Positions 55,230 through 64,000 of a stretch of 64,000 nucleotides of DNA are shown one piece after another; within the stretch, counting starts at the first letter, position 1, and each line of letters opens with the position of its first letter. Below the pieces are notes generated by a model. The model made no database searches, had not been told where the DNA came from, and saw only the letters and a list, made by a program, of their open reading frames with translations. The position numbers were made by a program, and so were the translations under genes. This DNA is from Candidatus Sungiibacteriota bacterium (lineage in GTDB: Bacteria; Patescibacteriota; Minisyncoccia; Sungbacterales; HO2-52-23), in the NCBI GenBank assembly GCA_016432465.1, contig CP066690.1, forward strand, positions 122,702-186,701, in the 5' to 3' direction.

Positions 55230-58200
55230 TTATCCTTCACTGGCGCAAACGCGGAGCACCTGTTGATATGCCGCAACATAAGATTCCCAGCCCCGATGAG
55301 GAAGTTGCTTTATCTTCTCTTCGGCCGCATGCGCCAAGTAACTACGTAATTCTTTATCCTGATAAAGTCGAAGGAGTGCCTTGAGAAATTGTTTTTTGTC
55401 ACCCACTGGCACCACTAATCCATTCTCTCCATTGTGCACCACCTCCCCCGCCAAACCTACGTCAGTCATAAGAATGGGTAGAGAAGCGGCCATGGCTTCT
55501 ATAATAACCCGCCCCCACCCCTCATAATTTGATGATAAAACAAAGAGATCAAAAGATTTATAAAACGACGGTAGATCATCACGCCACGGCTCAATAAAAA
55601 CGTTTTTGTCTAATCCGTAATTTCTAATTTGTAATCTGTAGTTGTCTCTATCGGGCCCGTCTCCCACCAACACTAAAAGCGTCTTGGGGTACATCTTCGT
55701 CAAATTCCGCATCAACTCAATAAGCATGGAAAAGTTTTTTTCTTTATCTACGAAACGCCCCACACTTACTATTTTAAATTCGTAGTCCCAAAAACGCTCC
55801 TCGGTTTTAGGATCTCTATCGGAATTAAGAAATTTAGAAATGTCGGTAAAGATAGGCAAAACCGTAATTTTATCTTCGGTGGCAAGTCCTGCCTCCTTTA
55901 AAGAACTTTTAATACGTTCCGAAACTACTCTAATACGGCTTGCTCTGGGTATCAAGAATTTAACCATGAGATATCTAGTAAATTCTTTTAAGGAGGCCTT
56001 CCTGTACCACGGGCTTAAAATATCAGTATGCACTTGAAGCTGAAAGGGCTGCCCAAAACGCCTGCTAAGAAGCCACGCCACCATCCCCTCTTCAAACGGA
56101 TTTTCAGAGCTTATCACCCAACGGCCGCGTCGCTGGAGCAGCCGTGCTCCTTCTTTATAAAGAAGGTACCACGACAAAAGCTTACTGGAGTGAATCGGAC
56201 GTAAAACCAAAGTACCCTCCTTCATAGCAGGCAGCTTATGATGGCTGCGGCAAAGAACATGAAATGAAGAAAATGGTTCGGCGTAAAATTGCGCCCTTTC
56301 CCGAAGCGGAGAATTATGTTGAAAAATACTCTCATCCGTGCCGATGGTTAAAATATTTAACCCCGCGGGCGGCCCGATAATCTTTTTAAAAAGTGAGATC
56401 CAGTCCTCTGCAACTTCTTTCCACAGTCTCACTGTCAAGACTGACTTAATGGTCCCTACCGTATCTTTCTTGGCCAACATCACTAACTTTTGGGCAATAT
56501 CGTCTTCAGACAACGGATTTACCAGTACTGCGCTATCGCCCACGTATTCTTTTAAGCCGGACTCCTGCGTCATAACAAATGGTGTCCCCAGTGCCCAAGC
56601 TTCAGCGATAACATTGGGCCCAACATCAGAAAAAGATGGCAGTAAAAATACGGACGCCTCCTGGATTTTTTTAAGAAGTGGGTCATGCGGTACTGGCGTT
56701 AAAAATTTGACTCTGGAAATTTTGTTTTCCTTTACAAACTCCTGCAACCTTTCTTTTTCAGGACCATCACCTACTAAATGAAGTTCATAATCACGCAGGC
56801 CCGATTTGGTAAAAGCGCGGATCAGACGGTAAAGATTCTTCAAATAAAGCATCCTTCCTGCCCATAGGATAACGGGTTTCCGGGTTAATCCTGCGCTGGC
56901 TCCCATTTGCTCCTGTACATTTTGGACAATAGCCGTCTTATTTTTGTCTAAACCATAGGCCTGCTCCACCATTTTCCTGCGCCAATCAGAAGAAAATACC
57001 AACGCATCGGCCCTGTGCATAACCCAGCTACTAATAAATTTTATAACACGCTCTTTCCAGGACAGAGGCATAGGAAGCGTATAAAACTGCGGAAGGGTAA
57101 CATCATTTCGGGTCCTCTCCACAAAAGATTCCCACAGAAAATCGCCTTCCAATCTAATGACCAGCGGCTTTTTATACAAAAAGGATATCAGGGCTGCCGG
57201 CGCTCCCACGCTGAAATAGTCCAAGGAAAAAATTAAATCAGCGTTTTTGGCTCGCTTAACGAGCGAAAGCAAATAAAAAAGATGACGAATCAGGGTTGGG
57301 TATTTTAAAAAGCGGCCAAAAGAAACTACCGAGACGCCGAGGCCTTGCGAGCGAAACTCACGGGAAAGATTCTCGGCATAAAGCGCCGGGCCTCCAAGTT
57401 GAGGAGGGTAAAGAGGTGTAGCAATCAGAAGACGGGTACGAGCTATGTTTTGTGAAAATACGTTTTGATATTTTTGGGCTATGACGTCCCATAAAAAGCG
57501 CTCCTTTATCATTCGTCTTCCATCCTCCACCATTTTTTGCGCTAAAATTTTTTCATCCAAAAGAAACCGGATTTTGGCCGCAAGATCAAGATGATCATCC
57601 ACTTTGACAAAAAGACCGGTTGCTCCGTCTTTGATAATATCCGTTATGCCGCCTACAGCCGTACCAATTATGGGAAGACCCGCGGCCAACGCCTCTATGA
57701 ACGAGATGCCCATGCCTTCGGAACGAGAGGGACGGACAAAAACGTCGGCTTCATGAAGATATTCGGGTATCTTCTCATGCGGGATTTCACCGAAAAATTT
57801 AATATCAGCTTGTAGCTTGCCCGCTCCGCCGGAGCTTGAGCGAGGCGAGTAGCTTGTCCCTAGGCTCTTTGAGCCGGGATCCCGGCCACTTTGTGGCCTA
57901 GGGATAGCTTGTAGCTCAAGATTTTTACGCTCTGGACCGTCGCCGATAATCCAACATTGAACATTAGGAATGGCTTTTTTCACTTCTGCCATTGCCCGAA
58001 TCAAAATATCAATTCCGTTTTTTGGCACCAACCGTGAGGTCGTAATGATGGTAGAAGCAGATTTACGCAAATAGCTATGCGGATTTGCGCGGATATCATT
58101 TCTAAATTTCTCTGCGTCAACGCCGTTATGAATGATCTCTCCCGGTCCCCTATATCCATAACTTCTTGCCAGATTCAAAAGATAAGTAGAGATTGCCGTT

Positions 58201-58643
58201 ACGTAATCGGCCTGCCAAAGAATAAAACGAAAGGCCGCATTTATCGCGCCAAACCGTCCAGAAGCAAGCCGAGCATCCCCTTCCCCGTATTGAATGTTCA
58301 AAATAAAAGGAATTCGGGGATGAAATAACTTATAAATTGCCGCCGTAACAGAGGCATGCGAAATATCCACCCCCACTACCGCACTTGGACACGGCGTGTC
58401 CAAGTTGGACGTTAGGCACCAGAACGGCAGAAGGTATTTATCAAACCGGGAGCCGAATCCGGCTCTTATAATTTTTACGCCCTGATAGGAATCCTCACGC
58501 GGTAAGTCTTTTTTGAATCTGGAAGTTACAATATAAAAATCGAAGCGGTCTTTTAACCGCCTGCAAACCTCCGCTATGGCAATCTCCGCTCCACCAATAA
58601 ACGGGTGGTAGGAGGTAGTAAATACAAAAACTTTTGGCTTCAT
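55230..58643 (-). CDS. Triple glycosyltransferase family 4 fusion
   Basis: Three GT-B modules with E-x7-E-like motifs (EGMGISFIEA, DVGPNVIAEA, EGWGRVIIEA) and three GDGP motifs. Confidence 0.9.
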   Translation of the reverse strand: MKPKVFVFTTSYHPFIGGAEIAIAEVCRRLKDRFDFYIVTSRFKKDLPREDSYQGVKIIRAGFGSRFDKYLLPFWCLTSNLDTPCPSAVVGVDISHASVTAAIYKLFHPRIPFILNIQYGEGDARLASGRFGAINAAFRFILWQADYVTAISTYLLNLARSYGYRGPGEIIHNGVDAEKFRNDIRANPHSYLRKSASTIITTSRLVPKNGIDILIRAMAEVKKAIPNVQCWIIGDGPERKNLELQAIPRPQSGRDPGSKSLGTSYSPRSSSGGAGKLQADIKFFGEIPHEKIPEYLHEADVFVRPSRSEGMGISFIEALAAGLPIIGTAVGGITDIIKDGATGLFVKVDDHLDLAAKIRFLLDEKILAQKMVEDGRRMIKERFLWDVIAQKYQNVFSQNIARTRLLIATPLYPPQLGGPALYAENLSREFRSQGLGVSVVSFGRFLKYPTLIRHLFYLLSLVKRAKNADLIFSLDYFSVGAPAALISFLYKKPLVIRLEGDFLWESFVERTRNDVTLPQFYTLPMPLSWKERVIKFISSWVMHRADALVFSSDWRRKMVEQAYGLDKNKTAIVQNVQEQMGASAGLTRKPVILWAGRMLYLKNLYRLIRAFTKSGLRDYELHLVGDGPEKERLQEFVKENKISRVKFLTPVPHDPLLKKIQEASVFLLPSFSDVGPNVIAEAWALGTPFVMTQESGLKEYVGDSAVLVNPLSEDDIAQKLVMLAKKDTVGTIKSVLTVRLWKEVAEDWISLFKKIIGPPAGLNILTIGTDESIFQHNSPLRERAQFYAEPFSSFHVLCRSHHKLPAMKEGTLVLRPIHSSKLLSWYLLYKEGARLLQRRGRWVISSENPFEEGMVAWLLSRRFGQPFQLQVHTDILSPWYRKASLKEFTRYLMVKFLIPRASRIRVVSERIKSSLKEAGLATEDKITVLPIFTDISKFLNSDRDPKTEERFWDYEFKIVSVGRFVDKEKNFSMLIELMRNLTKMYPKTLLVLVGDGPDRDNYRLQIRNYGLDKNVFIEPWRDDLPSFYKSFDLFVLSSNYEGWGRVIIEAMAASLPILMTDVGLAGEVVHNGENGLVVPVGDKKQFLKALLRLYQDKELRSYLAHAAEEKIKQLPHRGWESYVAAYQQVLRVCASEG
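57807..57916. mobile_element. 99-bp in-frame multi-hairpin insertion flanked by 11-bp direct repeats
   Basis: AGCTTGTAGCT at 57807-57817 and 57906-57916; internal TCCCTAGG..CCTAGGGA, CCGGGATCCCGG, GCTCC-GCC-GGAGC. Confidence 0.75.
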
Positions 58644-58694
58644 TGCATTAAAGACAGAAATCATTCACCCTCCCGCCATATTTGGTGGGAGGGC

Positions 58695-60032
58695 TCACCC
58701 GCCACGAATCCGGCTTTTTATCATAATAAATGCCCCGGCCGCAAGAACGCCCACACCCAGCGCTGCGAACAAAAATGCAAAACTGGCAGGGCGGTCGGAC
58801 CGGACGAGGGCCGCACTTTCCGAAGCAGGGTCAGACCCCGTATTTTTTCCCACACTCTCTACTGGGGAAACAACAACAGCTTCTGGTCTAGAAGAAATTG
58901 TGGGCTCCTGACCAGTAACGGCTTTTGCCCATGTCACCGCAACAATACCGTTGGGGTAACGAAGATTTACCAAACTAACTCCATAGTGGAAAAGGCCGGT
59001 GGTACGATTGGAAAACGCGACGGTTGAGCGTCCGCTAATTTTTGTTTGGGAAGGAATAATAAAATTCTGACTGATACCGTCATCAATAATCCAGGCGCCA
59101 ATATCAAGATCAAAGTCATCCGGATTGGTGAATTCAATAAATCCTGCCTCACCCTCTACAACGCGTAAAATCTTTACTTTGTTTGGGATGACATTGACCC
59201 TAACGTAATCAGAAACCGCATGGGTACCTGAAGAAACATGAAGACCCACAAGATACACCCCCGAAGTATTGAAAGTATGGGTAAGCGAGCGGCCCTCGGC
59301 GGTTGCGCCATCACCAAAATTCCACCAAAATCTTGCATTCCCCAACTCACTGCCATCCAGATATTCAGCATAGCCGGGAAAATCTACAATTGCTCCGGCA
59401 ATCACATTTTTATCTTCTCCGGCATATACTCTAAAGGGCGGCGGGGCAATATTCGATATCTGCGTACTTGATGGAGACGACGATTGTTGTTTAGGTTGCT
59501 CCGACATGCCCGAACCTTGATTAGCAGCACGAGGAGTTGCTTTGGCCGTAATCCATGATGGGCCGCCTCTTTGCATTGTATCTTTAGTCGTGTTATCGCC
59601 TGCCGGCCAACCCGAAGAGGCGTTTATTTCGTCAACAGTTTCTCCGCTAGAATTTTTGAGAAATATGTGCTCTCCAAGATTGGAAAGCGCATTATTTTTA
59701 AAGGGGTATATAATATCGGCCGGAGTGCCAGCTACAACCTCATCGCTGCCCCGCTCCAGCAAAAAATATCCTCCGGCCGGAATGGAACCAGATAGCAAAA
59801 AATCAGGCATAGTGTCCGAAGCCACAATTTTCCAACCCCCTAGGGACAGTGCCGAGTCGGTAGGATTATGGAGCTCAACCCACTCGTTATTGGCAGCGGC
59901 CTGTGCGGACTCGCCTTCTTTGGGAAGCGTCCCCATCCAGGCAATTTCGTTAATTAAAATACCCGCTCCCGAAACAGAAAGCGGTATAAAAATACTTATC
60001 AAAATAATTGACACCCGTGGTCCAGCCTTCAT
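58695..60032 (-). CDS. Surface protein with lamin-tail domain, PKD domain and C-terminal TM anchor
   Basis: INEIAW, EWVELHN, LSN.GE, WNFGDG, H.F..G.Y.V.L.V. Confidence 0.85.
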   Translation of the reverse strand: MKAGPRVSIILISIFIPLSVSGAGILINEIAWMGTLPKEGESAQAAANNEWVELHNPTDSALSLGGWKIVASDTMPDFLLSGSIPAGGYFLLERGSDEVVAGTPADIIYPFKNNALSNLGEHIFLKNSSGETVDEINASSGWPAGDNTTKDTMQRGGPSWITAKATPRAANQGSGMSEQPKQQSSSPSSTQISNIAPPPFRVYAGEDKNVIAGAIVDFPGYAEYLDGSELGNARFWWNFGDGATAEGRSLTHTFNTSGVYLVGLHVSSGTHAVSDYVRVNVIPNKVKILRVVEGEAGFIEFTNPDDFDLDIGAWIIDDGISQNFIIPSQTKISGRSTVAFSNRTTGLFHYGVSLVNLRYPNGIVAVTWAKAVTGQEPTISSRPEAVVVSPVESVGKNTGSDPASESAALVRSDRPASFAFLFAALGVGVLAAGAFIMIKSRIRGG

Positions 60033-60064
60033 TAAAACATCTGTAGCAAAAACCGCTGGAAACG

Positions 60065-60835
60065 TCAACTTTTAACCAAAGCCGCTGCGAGCGTCACGCC
60101 ATACCAGTGCAGTTTTGGGAAATAACGCAGGAAACGGCGAAAACCTGAAAGTTTCCCCGCCTCCCAAAATTTCTCAAGGCGCATGCCCAAACTCTCCAGC
60201 TCCCGGATAACCTCGTAGGAAGACGCAAGATAACGCAGGTCATCGTCCTTTTTTTCATAACGACCGGTGGCGTCTGTAAAATTTTCTTTTACGATCCGGA
60301 AGGTAAAAATTCCAAAAATTCTTAAAAAATAGTCAAGCATGCGCAGGGCCACAAAACCGATCCGCCAGAAAGCGGATCTATGCCGTAGGGCGGATGGTCG
60401 CGAAAAAGGAAACTCAAGGTTAGGCGCAAGAATAACGAGACTTCCTCCTCTTTTTAAAACCCGTACACACTCGGCCAAAACCTGCCGAGGATGGAAGACA
60501 TGCTCAATCACAAACAATAAAAGCACGGTATCAAAGCGTGCTTCTGAAAAAGGGAGATTCTCCGCCTCTCCAACAAGAAAAGTTGCATCCGGAAAAATGC
60601 CGGCCCACTTTTCTTTAGCCCCCCTTACTGCGTAGTCTGAACGCTCCAAACCATAATAGCTTACGCCCGAAGGCAGAAAGGATAGAATTTCAGCCGTACC
60701 GCACCCCACTTCAAGAACTGAAGATCCGACTTTTAAATTGGCCCGCAAGTATTCAAGCACCTTAGATCTTGGAAAAGATGACCAATCGCCTTCTTCCCGC
60801 GCCATCTCATAGTAACGGGGTTCAAAAGAAGTCAT
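60065..60835 (-). CDS. Class I SAM-dependent methyltransferase
   Basis: VLEVGCG, LPF..FD, IEHV, RVLK.GG. Confidence 0.9.
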   Translation of the reverse strand: MTSFEPRYYEMAREEGDWSSFPRSKVLEYLRANLKVGSSVLEVGCGTAEILSFLPSGVSYYGLERSDYAVRGAKEKWAGIFPDATFLVGEAENLPFSEARFDTVLLLFVIEHVFHPRQVLAECVRVLKRGGSLVILAPNLEFPFSRPSALRHRSAFWRIGFVALRMLDYFLRIFGIFTFRIVKENFTDATGRYEKKDDDLRYLASSYEVIRELESLGMRLEKFWEAGKLSGFRRFLRYFPKLHWYGVTLAAALVKS

Positions 60836-61714
60836 TTATGGTGCGGGTTCTAGCCTCAATTTAATTTTTGTGATTCTGGATTCAACATCGCTGTCTCCCG
60901 GAAAAAGCTCGTTTACCTTCTGCCACCACTCCAGCGCCTTTCCCCATTCTTTTCTTTGTTCATACAAATAAGCAAGGCGGCTCATTAAAGTTTGGTTTTG
61001 AGGATTAGCCTCAAGCCCCCGCAGTAAAACATCGTCTGCCTCCTCCGCCTTTTCTTTATAGGAATAATAATAAAGTTCAGCAAGCGAAACGTGGGTTTGG
61101 ACATCAGCGGGTTTATTCTTTAGGGAAATTTTAAGATTGGCTTCAGCTTTAGGAAAATCTTTAAGGTATCTCCAGTAAAGCTCTCCTAGATTGGCAAAAG
61201 ATAAAGAGTTTAAGGGCTCAAGCAAACTCGCGTATTCCCAAGCATCCCGCGCTCCTTCAAAATCTCCTATAATTTTTTTGAAAATTCCGACCTGAATCCA
61301 GCCCGTAAAAAAGTTGGGCCGGGCTTTTACTGAACGGCCATGCATATCAAGAGAAGCATAAAGCTCCTGTTTTTGGGCTTCCGTAAATAATTTAACTTCT
61401 TCCGGAATCGGACGAACCTCAATCGGGTCGCGACCGATATAGGGGGGTGGTGGTAGGCCGGCAGTAGTTCGGGTATCTGGGTTTGCCCCCAAAGGAGTTT
61501 TAGTCTGCCCTGTGGGTAAGGATGCCGACTCCGGGACTTCAGTATTTTTCGGAATTTGCGGTAACGGAGCCGATCCCGCTGACGGCTCTAATTTTTTACC
61601 TAAATTTAAAGAGAGGAAACGTGATATCTCGTCTTGAAAAAATATCCCCGCCACAACAATGACGAGCACCAACAAACCCAAAATAGCGTTTTTGTAAAAA
61701 CTTTCTTTTAGCAT
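60836..61714 (-). CDS. Membrane-anchored TPR-repeat protein
   Basis: N-terminal TM, Pro-rich linker, TPR-like helices (NLGELY..A, LAELY, LAYLY..AL). Confidence 0.75.
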   Translation of the reverse strand: MLKESFYKNAILGLLVLVIVVAGIFFQDEISRFLSLNLGKKLEPSAGSAPLPQIPKNTEVPESASLPTGQTKTPLGANPDTRTTAGLPPPPYIGRDPIEVRPIPEEVKLFTEAQKQELYASLDMHGRSVKARPNFFTGWIQVGIFKKIIGDFEGARDAWEYASLLEPLNSLSFANLGELYWRYLKDFPKAEANLKISLKNKPADVQTHVSLAELYYYSYKEKAEEADDVLLRGLEANPQNQTLMSRLAYLYEQRKEWGKALEWWQKVNELFPGDSDVESRITKIKLRLEPAP

Positions 61715-61727
61715 ATAGAAAAAGTTA

Positions 61728-62897
61728 TCACAGCGGCGGCTCTTTGGTCAAGAGGAAGTCCCAGCCGCCAACCGTACTTATGTTGGTGACCGTATTGATT
61801 TTCGTGGTTTTGATTTGTAACTTCCCGCTTTTTACATATTTAAACTGTTCCACCCAAAGACTGAACTTCCTCTCCTCTCCTTGTTTTACCGTAACATCAA
61901 AACCCAGTGATAGGACGGATTTGTGGGGACTCCCGATTTTGGGATGCTCGGTAATAAAAGTAAACTCGGTTTTACTAATTAACTTATCGGCTGAGGAAGT
62001 TCCATCCCGTAAAATAAGATATATTTTGCGGGCGCGATTGGGGGTTGAGTCCATCTCGTCTATAATTAGAGTCTCAAAATTGGCCAACAGCACATCCGAG
62101 GTTGTCCCGTTATAAATTGTAAAGTCACCCAGTTTATACGGGTCCACTTCCACCTCTGGAAAAGAATTAGTAAATACCGTAAGTAAATTTATCCAGTTGG
62201 GGGTAGTAAAAGAGACATCGGCCCTGACCGGATTACCCGCCTGATCTTTTACGCTCACCGTACAAGAATAGTCAGTATGCGGCTCCGGAAAGTATTCGGT
62301 GAGACGTCCGGCTGGCTTGGCTACTTTTATGGTGGGGGTACAGGTTACAGACTCATCCACCACACCCGTCTCATCCACTGCCCAATCAAAGACCACCCGA
62401 TAGGGATAGTGAACGCCAAGCGGAGAATTGTCTATAAAGCCCTTTTTGAAAACTTGAGGTTTTTTAACGAAACTAGGCGGGGTAGTATCGGCGGGAACCG
62501 TGGTGGTTGATACCTGCTCTTTTGCCAGCTTTTCCTGAAGCGCCTTAAGTTCTGCCTGCAGCTTTTGTATTTGCTCAATAATCGCCTCTTTGGTTACGGG
62601 CGCTGTTTTTTGGGCCAAAACCGTATTGGCCCGCGCCCTGGTTTTAGGACCAAAGTATCCGACCGCGGGTACAATTTTTTCTCTTTCCTGAAATTTTTTA
62701 ACAGCGGCTCGCGTAAGCAAGAAGAAATTTCCGGTAACCGGACCGCTATAAACCCCCTCATCCCGCAAAAACTCCTGAAGTTGAGTAACCCCGGAATCAC
62801 TTTTTAAGCCAAAATAAAGGTCACGGTCAAAAGAGGCCGCAAAACTTAAAAACGGCATAAAAACCAATATAGTAATCAAAATAACCTTTTTTAGCAT
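61728..62897 (-). CDS. Secreted protein with peptidoglycan-binding domain
   Basis: Signal peptide; DL..G..V..LQ.FL..G..TG.F..T..AV..FQ..GYFGP.TR; leaderless start. Confidence 0.85.
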   Translation of the reverse strand: MLKKVILITILVFMPFLSFAASFDRDLYFGLKSDSGVTQLQEFLRDEGVYSGPVTGNFFLLTRAAVKKFQEREKIVPAVGYFGPKTRARANTVLAQKTAPVTKEAIIEQIQKLQAELKALQEKLAKEQVSTTTVPADTTPPSFVKKPQVFKKGFIDNSPLGVHYPYRVVFDWAVDETGVVDESVTCTPTIKVAKPAGRLTEYFPEPHTDYSCTVSVKDQAGNPVRADVSFTTPNWINLLTVFTNSFPEVEVDPYKLGDFTIYNGTTSDVLLANFETLIIDEMDSTPNRARKIYLILRDGTSSADKLISKTEFTFITEHPKIGSPHKSVLSLGFDVTVKQGEERKFSLWVEQFKYVKSGKLQIKTTKINTVTNISTVGGWDFLLTKEPPL

Positions 62898-62932
62898 AAG
62901 TCTATTATAACATACCTGCCAGAATCGCGTCT

Positions 62933-64000
62933 CTACTTATCAACACCACTATTATCTGCCTGCGCCTCAAGAAGTACAAGATACTGCCCGGAGAAAGGAA
63001 TGGTTAAGCCCGGCTGTGCGGTATTTTTAAGATACGGACGGGGCATAATCAAGAAATACGGCGGCCTGAATCCCATTTTAAGACTCTCGCGCTCCACCCG
63101 CTCAATATATTTTCTGCCGCTATAATAATAGATAGTATCAAAAGAGCTCCAATCAAAACTGTAAAGCGCATGCCCCTGATCATTCTTTTTTATAAAAAGG
63201 CCTATTTCTTTCTCCTCTTTCGCATAAGGATAAGAGTAGGGAACGTTGGAAATAAAAAGCTGATAATAGGTGCTTAGCGCCCCCAAAAGCAGAAGAGCCG
63301 CAAAAACCGCAACTACGGCATAGCGTCCGGTGATACTTTGACGAATACTCCGATACCAAACTCCCCCTAGTGAGGACACTAACATACCTTCAAAAGGAAA
63401 CAACGGAATAAGGTAAAAAATGAGCTTGGTGCGGGATATGGCAAAGGTAATAAAAATAAAAAGTGCGGAGAAGAGAGAGGCCAGCGCCAACCGGCGTTCC
63501 GGAAGCTGACCCAAACGTCTCCAAAAAATCCAAAGGCCGCCACCGATAGCCGCCAGAAACCAGGGCTCGTTCAAAAGCAAAAGTTGTTTTAAATAACTCC
63601 GGGTCGTAACCGATCCTCCCAGTATCGGAGCGGCAACACGTTCAAAGACATGACGCACAAGATACACGTCCCAAAAATCCTTGCCAAACTTTATGCTCTC
63701 ACGCAGGTGCCAGGGCAGGATAATGATTAAAAAAATTATAGTCCCCAGCCAGAAGTACCAATCTCTAAGCCAGCGCCATTCTTTATACACTGCGCTAAAT
63801 ATCAAAATCACCGGCACTAAAAGCAGCGCCGGAAAACTGCGCAGCATCACTCCGATACCAAGAAAGAACCAAAATGGAGCCCAACGGGCAAGCCCGTGGT
63901 ACCCATTCTTTACGGTCAAGCCTGATGGCTTGCCTGCTGGGGCGGAATCCCGCCCCAGAAAACCGCATTCATCCACGGGCAAACCCGTGGTCTTCTGGGG
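62933..64000 (-). CDS. ArnT/PMT-like (GT-C) membrane glycosyltransferase, 5' truncated by the window edge
   Basis: Multi-TM, LGIGVMLRS, LPWH, PW, K...YLIP.FP; frame stays open to 64000. Confidence 0.8.
   Translation of the reverse strand, partial: PQKTTGLPVDECGFLGRDSAPAGKPSGLTVKNGYHGLARWAPFWFFLGIGVMLRSFPALLLVPVILIFSAVYKEWRWLRDWYFWLGTIIFLIIILPWHLRESIKFGKDFWDVYLVRHVFERVAAPILGGSVTTRSYLKQLLLLNEPWFLAAIGGGLWIFWRRLGQLPERRLALASLFSALFIFITFAISRTKLIFYLIPLFPFEGMLVSSLGGVWYRSIRQSITGRYAVVAVFAALLLLGALSTYYQLFISNVPYSYPYAKEEKEIGLFIKKNDQGHALYSFDWSSFDTIYYYSGRKYIERVERESLKMGFRPPYFLIMPRPYLKNTAQPGLTIPFSGQYLVLLEAQADNSGVDK
63881..63997. mobile_element. Non-autonomous IS200/IS605-like element, in frame in the ArnT-like gene
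   Basis: On minus strand: AGACCACGGGTTTGCCCGTGGATGAATG ... CTGGGGCGGGATTCCGCCCCAG ... TACCACGGGCTTGCCCGTTGG. Confidence 0.75.

Noticed and set aside
1-64000. CRISPR array, rRNA, tRNA, integron attC array, DGR template repeat or RT
   Set aside because: No regularly spaced repeats, RNA gene signatures, integrase or RT recognised by eye; the intergenic hairpins lack consistent attC core sites

Overview
Almost the whole 64 kb is one very large, mostly minus-strand surface-glycan and unusual-sugar locus. Leaderless, SD-less core genes, heptamer micro-repeats and a CPR-style DGR target suggest a CPR/Patescibacteria-like bacterium (inference). The locus encodes nonulosonic-acid enzymes (2 NeuB, 2 NeuA, one fused to an SDR, and a KdsC-like phosphatase) and a GDP-heptose route (GmhA, HddA, HddC). 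It also holds a tailoring block: 3 B12-binding radical SAMs, a HemN-like radical SAM, 2 PhyH Fe/2OG dioxygenases, an orphan E1 alpha/beta pair, 3 NDP-sugar epimerases, 3 NUDIX, 2 HldE-type nucleotidyltransferases, FkbM and 2 carbamoyltransferases. Also present are 3-4 glycerophosphotransferase-like putative NulO transferases, an ABC flippase, GT2/GT4 enzymes including a triple-GT4 fusion, a CotH-VTC-DUF4956 module and an ArnT-like GT. Superimposed on this are (i) a hierarchy of nested palindromic non-autonomous elements, from a 15-bp palindrome with 4-bp target duplications through ~130-bp elements to 480-635-bp TIR-bounded structured elements, several inserted in frame into enzymes, (ii) a frameshifted gene that looks like a remote diversity-generating-retroelement target, and (iii) many self-contained promoter-SD-gene-terminator cassettes interleaved with the core operon. 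No rRNA, tRNA, CRISPR array, transposase or reverse transcriptase was recognised. All calls come from reading motifs by eye, with no database searches.
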